A stretch of DNA of 55,446 bases, filler included, from Callorhinchus milii (Eukaryota), in assembly GCF_018977255.1 (NCBI RefSeq). It is 2 parts of 2 records of this genome, joined end to end, with 100 filler letters (N's around TTAATTAATTAA, not from the genome) between each part and the next. Parts side by side here need not be neighbours in the genome. Positions count along the whole stretch, not along the records: positions 27,805 to 55,446 come from NW_024705692.1; 1 more part is not named here. One strand, given 5' to 3'. Below the pieces are notes generated by a model that worked only from the letters and a program-made list of their open reading frames with translations, was not told the origin of the DNA and did not search any database. Within the stretch, counting starts at the first letter, position 1. Each line of letters opens with the position of its first letter. Below, one piece after another: positions 50,101-55,446 of the stretch. The translations under genes and the position numbers were made by a program.

Positions 50101-52840
50101 GTTTGAACAGTTTTTCCACCGAGAGGTATCGGAAGTAACGTTACTCTCGCTGAAAAGTTTAAAACGCACGGATGACAAGGAAATCAACTTTTCCAAACTG
50201 GTGAACCGGCTATAGCCACCTGTATATATCATCGGCTACTCAAAATACAGGGAACTTTCATTTACTGCGGTAGGATATTCATCTGAGTGCTTGATTAACT
50301 GATGGACACTATTTCACCGCTAGTTCACCTACACGGGAACAGCGCAATGGCCGTTTTAACTTTTCGATCGCGTTCGAATATTTTCTGAACAAATAATTCG
50401 GGAAGCGTGTATTAGGACACATGCGTTCAAGAGGAATGACCCTCCCGTCATTAACGGCGTAGTGCTCAAGATACATGCCGTCTCAACTATGCGGCATCAC
50501 ATTTGGGCACTTTGCTTACTTGTGTTGCCGGTTGAAATACTACAACCTGTTAATTGGCGAATCCGCCCTTGCCAAGGCGCACATCACCTCGCCCGGACGC
50601 TCGTCGGTTTTTACAGGTCTATACTAAGTTTTCTGGGTTTCGTCCGAGATGCCGCAGGGGTTTGTCTGTAAATTCCATATGTCATCCAGACGTCTAAGGG
50701 GCAGGTGAGGGCCCATCATTATAGAGACCGGAGCGGACTGTATCGGAAAGCTAAGTTATGAGCAGGGAGCCACATACATCGCAGTAGAACATATTGATAG
50801 TTTCATGACGATGACCTGTATTGTTTTGTCCGCGGGGAAGAATCCTGTTGGCACCAGCGAGTCAGGACCAAGCGCCCCAGCCCTCTGACAGTTCCTGCGT
50901 CCGAGTAATGTCTGGGATCCAGGGACCTATAGCTGCGGGACGCGGAGAGCTCACCGGTATTGTATCTTCTCTGTGGTGAATGAAAGAGCGTTGAGTCGCC
51001 GCCTTCGACGACCAATAAACTTGCCTCCTAGGTAGATCAATACATTCCACTAACCTAAAACGAAGCGCGGGCCGCAGTAGCACTGATTCCCATTACTAGA
51101 CCTCTTGTGATCCTAGACGCCGCGGGGTTACCGACGGAGTAGCTCCACCTGGGCAACCCACTGTATATTATTTCACGTTTAACGGGTACCAAAAGGCGTA
51201 CCGAATGGGCATGTGAGTACGCATGAGTAATGGAGAATAAAATCTCGCGTCAGGAGCCTCTTCTTTAGTTGTGGCCCAAACGATTTATAATGCTCGCTTG
51301 TATATGAGCTCGTCCCGTCGACGCACACTGCCGGGGGCAACATACGAGTAAGGGCACTTATGACATCTTACGCGAAGAGAAGCCGCGGCTCATTAAATGT
51401 ATACTGCAGGGGATGGTCAGAGAGGCTTAAACCTTCATCATCTAGACGTTACAACAAGGGCTGAGGCAGGAGGTCATCATCCAACGTAGCCCAGGTAAAT
51501 CGATAGGTGATTTGCGCGAGGGTAACTGCAGAGAATTGGACAGGGACTATAGCATTGACTCTAGATTGTTCACTGTACGTCCTTTGTTGAGGAAGTGTTG
51601 TGATACGCTAAGACTCTTGTCCGCAATCCACGTTGTCAGAAAGAACCAAGATGGGTGATGGTTTCGGTGTGATAGTCTTGCCCTAACGCGCTCAAGGCAG
51701 TGTAACCTGACATAAACTCCCCTCGCCAAATATTTGATTTTGCGCACACAGCGGATTACCACCTTTCTTATAGTGTGACAATTTCATACGTAAAATTCCG
51801 CAGGATCCCACGAGTTGATACATCTTCGCAAAACAAACGCATGATGATGGATCCTGAAAATTAACAACCTATTCCAATCTTTCTGTTTTCTCGCGAATAA
51901 CTTCGTTGCATGGGGGAACCGAGCCCTAGCTATGAGTTCGCGATACCTGATAGCTTTCCAATCCCCGGAACGCATGTAGATGCTCGTAGATGTCCAATAG
52001 TCTCCGCTCTTTTTACGGGCCGAAAGCTCGATAGCATGACTGATGATATAAGCGATAGCTGACTGTTGATCATCGCCACCCAGACCTGGCCCTTATACCC
52101 GCGACTTGTACGTGAGGGGTTCATTTGTACGAGCACATGCTTCGGTAGTATATGACAACGCAGCAGTTAGTCAGCGTTTTCATATAATAGAATAGGTCAG
52201 CCCATGGTGGATGAAATAACTCAGTGGAAAGATGGCGGGATAATTCAGGCTGTGCTTTATAATAGCGCTTGGCAGTCTAATGGGTGATTAGCGGCTCTAG
52301 GGAAGAACACTCCTAACATAGATAGGTCGTACGCCCGATCAGGGCTTATGACGAGCCTTACATCTTTGAAGCTAAAGTTGCGTTCGAGTACTGTTTCTGT
52401 CGCCATAGGACGGAAGGCACTTGCAATCTCTATCGTGCTTGTGGTGGGGACAGTTCGATAAAGTAAGGCGCCTTGATATACATCGATGTATGGTACCGAC
52501 CAAAGAGTATCGGCCAGGCGAATGCACCCTTCCCGCAACTTAAGTCCAGTACGTTCGAATATTGATAACTAAGCAGCCACACGCGCATGGACGGTTGGCC
52601 TGTCCGGATGAGCCCAATACACCCTGTCTATTTCCTGGATCTTAAGAAGATCGGAAGGTCGACGTCGCTTATATATACCTTCAAGAAGCTGCCGGGACGA
52701 TGTGATCAAATATATTTGATAAATATCTAGTCATAAAGCTCACGGCCACTTATCGCTGCTGTCGACATTGGTAAGAGTTATTCAACAGTGTTTGTTTACA
52801 TAGTTTTAGTAATATTGTGGATGTACCCCGGAGCGGAACC
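47170..52840. other. Featureless, random-looking block of unknown origin
   Basis: No host repeats, no microsatellites, no ORF over 125 aa, roughly even base use, frequent CG and TA dinucleotides (by eye). Confidence 0.7.
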
Positions 52841-52860
52841 AGTGTAGTGTATAGTATTAC

Positions 52861-53035
52861 CTTCCGTCTCTTGCTGTTCCTGCTGCTGTGTTCAAGGCCG
52901 TGACTTGACGGGACTTCTTGGTTCCGCTCAAGGCCTTCTTTGCAGGCTTTGCCTTGTCGCCATTTTCATCGTCAGAATTGGTCACCGCTTGAGACATTTT
53001 GCTTGGCGGAAGAGAGGCCGATGAGAAGTCACCGT
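52861..53035 (-). CDS. Internal exon, RAD51AP1/NUCKS1-like protein (exon 3 equivalent)
   Basis: Acceptor CCACAG, donor AAG|GTAATA, phase 1 to 2; DGDFSSASLPPSKMSQ...KPAKKALSG resembles RAD51AP1 DDFVSATVPLNKKSR. Confidence 0.55.
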
Positions 53036-53299
53036 CTGTGGCGATGCAACACGCACACACATTGACGCGCGTACATCGCTGGGTTTGTTAAACCGATAAC
53101 CATTTTCGGAATCAAATGGCGGTTATGAAAGTCGGGAATTGGCAATAGTTTACGGTGAGATTTTACTACCGGTGCAGAGGGCCTCCACAAGAGGGAGCTG
53201 AAAAGAGGAAATTGCCTACTCTCCCACGCTGCGCAGACACATTGGTAGAGGCGGCAAAGCGCCTCCTCGACCACACACGACCAAGCGCGGTGAACTCAT

Positions 53300-53420
53300 T
53301 GACACCGCTGGGTGGAAGAGAGGTGGGGAGGGGATTTAAGAGACTTGCCACGTCGGGATATGGAGTTGAACCAGCGGCTTCTGGATTGCAAGCCCACCGC
53401 GCTAACCACGGCAGCTCCAT
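53300..53420 (-). mobile_element. Degenerate tRNA-derived SINE head in an intron
   Basis: Minus strand GCCGTGGTTAGCGCG (A box-like) and GGTTCAACTCC (B box). Confidence 0.5.
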
Positions 53421-53587
53421 TGCGGATGGATCTAATGCGATTTTACTTTGGTAATGAAATATGACTTGTAATCATTTAAATAAGCCAACGAGTCAATGAC
53501 CATAATTACAATCGTAACCATCACTACTGTCCACCACGTCGTCTGCCCATAACCATCATATGTATAGATACCTCACATTCTACTCAC

Positions 53588-53634
53588 CGTCGTCTTCAAA
53601 GTCCTCAGGCTGAGTATAATCAAATTTCTTGAAT
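53588..53634 (-). CDS. Internal exon, RAD51AP1/NUCKS1-like protein (exon 2 equivalent)
   Basis: Acceptor TTGCAG, donor G|GTGAGT, 47 nt, phase 2 to 1, splicing in frame to 53035. FKKFDYTQPEDFEDD resembles KKPVNYSQFDHSDSD (RAD51AP1) and RKVVDYSQFQESDD (NUCKS1). Confidence 0.6.
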
Positions 53635-53971
53635 CTGCAACACCAATCATTTGGATAAAAGAAAAACAACGAAAGATCAATTCAGGAATAATCACATTAC
53701 GTACATGGATTCACGGGCCCACTTGCTGTACTGCCAGGACACCAGTGCCACTGAATTACAATGACACAATGCAAAGCAAGTGCCATGGCAGTGCCTATCG
53801 ATCTGCAAAGGCGGTTGTCAATCAGTGACATTGACGCTGCATTGAAACTCGTCGTAATCGATGAACATGACTCCGGGCCAATCAACGAACGTGAAGTGAC
53901 ACCAACTAACTGCCATGACACGTAGCCGGCCAACACTGTCCCAACTGATCCGATGTACCAATGTCATCAAT

Positions 53972-54483
53972 TACACTATACACTACACTGTACACTACAC
54001 TGTATACTACACTACTATACACTATACTACTAGACACTACACTATATACTACTAGACACTACACTACTATACACTACACTACTATACACTACACTACTAT
54101 ACACTACACTACTATACACTACTATATACACTACTATACACTCACTACTATACACTACACTACTATACACTACACTACTATACACTACACAACTATACAC
54201 TACACTACTATACACTACACACTATACACTACACACTATACACTACACTATACACTACTACTATATACACTACACTACTATACACTGCACTACTATACAC
54301 TACACAACTATACACTACACTGCTATATACACTATACACTACTATATACACTACACTATACACTACTATATACACTACACTACTATACACTGCACTACTA
54401 TACACTACACTACTATACACTATACTACTACACTACTATACACTATAATACACTACTATACACTATACTACTACACTACACAC
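53972..54483. repeat. (CACTA/CTATA)n simple repeat, ~15-bp unit CACTACACTACTATA
   Basis: Directly visible; explains the HYTTI and YSSVV pseudo-ORFs. Confidence 0.95.
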
Positions 54484-55446
54484 ACTCGTGCTGTACTAGT
54501 GACGAATTGGCCACGTTCTGTTCACGCTGACTGCAATCTGACGGGGTTGGAAGAGCGGCGGAACCTGGGTACGGGTAGCCGGGTATCGGGTAGGGTACGG
54601 GTATCGGGTACCGGTTGCGACCTCTGGGATGTGGGAGGAGATCGGCGTGGCCGGAGGTGAACCCTCCGTGGGTGTGAGGGTGATCGCACTCAACCACCGT
54701 CGCCTGGCACTTCGCAGCCGCACATGGCCTACGGCACCCGGCAAGCCCTGATTGAAGTACTCGCCCCACCACACACACACACAGGGCTCCACTTTACTCA
54801 GCGCACTCCGATGAACTAGGGCACGTTTGAGGTTAGAGTAGGGAAATAAAAAATCACGTGATTCCAAATGTTTTTAAATATGGATACACCGCATGATCTG
54901 TACCTGGAGTATATTTTAGTTGTCCGGAGAGGCAACGATGATGGGTAGATTGTCAGTGTTGACTATTTGTTCAGTTTGTATTGCCTCCCGGGGAAGCCTG
55001 TTTAATTTCTCTGGCCTAATAACAATATCAACAACAGCAATAGAATGTTATAACGAAGCTTCCACGACCAATATTACAAGTCATAATTAGTTAACGTTGG
55101 GTTTGGCGGTAACCCTACACCACCCGACAGCTCCAATCAAATCAAATTGCCACCACCCACCACTATCATCGCATTCATCACAATCCACCACCATCGTTAT
55201 TTCTACTCTCGTCAACATCATAATCTTTGTCATCAATGTCATCATCACGAATGTCACCACCACTGGCACCACCACCATCAGCAGCATCGTGGCAATATTC
55301 ACAACCACGAGTTCTCAATACAGCGCCTGCCAAAGAGTGGACTTTCAGACGTGTACACTCCTAAAGAGGAGATGTGGGTCGATATGGATATGCATTAGGT
55401 TTAAAACCGCATTGAGGTATTAAAACAAATAATATCAAACATAAGC

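Noticed and set aside
47760..52538. Short ORFs (60-125 aa) as viral or phage genes
   Set aside because: Lengths and composition look like random sequence; no motifs and no gene-dense packing.
53961..54530. 189-aa His/Tyr/Thr-rich ORF
   Set aside because: Translation of a simple repeat.
55087..55423. His/Thr/Ile-rich ORFs
   Set aside because: Degenerate (CAT/CAC)n tract.

Overview
Eukaryotic (vertebrate) repeat-rich DNA made of two unrelated pieces joined by an artificial 100-bp spacer (N44-TTAATTAATTAA-N44, 27705-27804). Left piece (1-27704): a strand-asymmetric ~30-bp G-rich satellite (consensus ~GGGGGAGTGGGGACTAGTTGGGGTAAGAGC) that flips to the C-rich strand at ~21130. It is interrupted by tRNA-Ala-headed SINEs with L2 tails, two L2 LINE fragments, a CR1 fragment and a solo LTR; the repeat style looks cartilaginous-fish-like (inference). 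Right piece (27805-55446) looks lamprey-like (inference). It contains the 3' exons of a divergent p53-family gene (p63/p73-type SAM exon of 94 nt with a GC donor, then a terminal exon with a degenerate transactivation-inhibitory domain). It also holds many Penelope-like pseudo-LTR repeats carrying minimal hammerhead ribozymes, Helentron-type non-autonomous elements, MITEs, a 12x60-bp perfect tandem array, a solo LTR with a 4-bp TSD, SINEs, minisatellites and two minus-strand exons resembling RAD51AP1/NUCKS1. A ~5.7-kb block (47170-52840) looks random and may be shuffled, synthetic or foreign. Nearly all ORFs in the supplied track are by-products of repeats. All homology calls are by eye; no searches were run.
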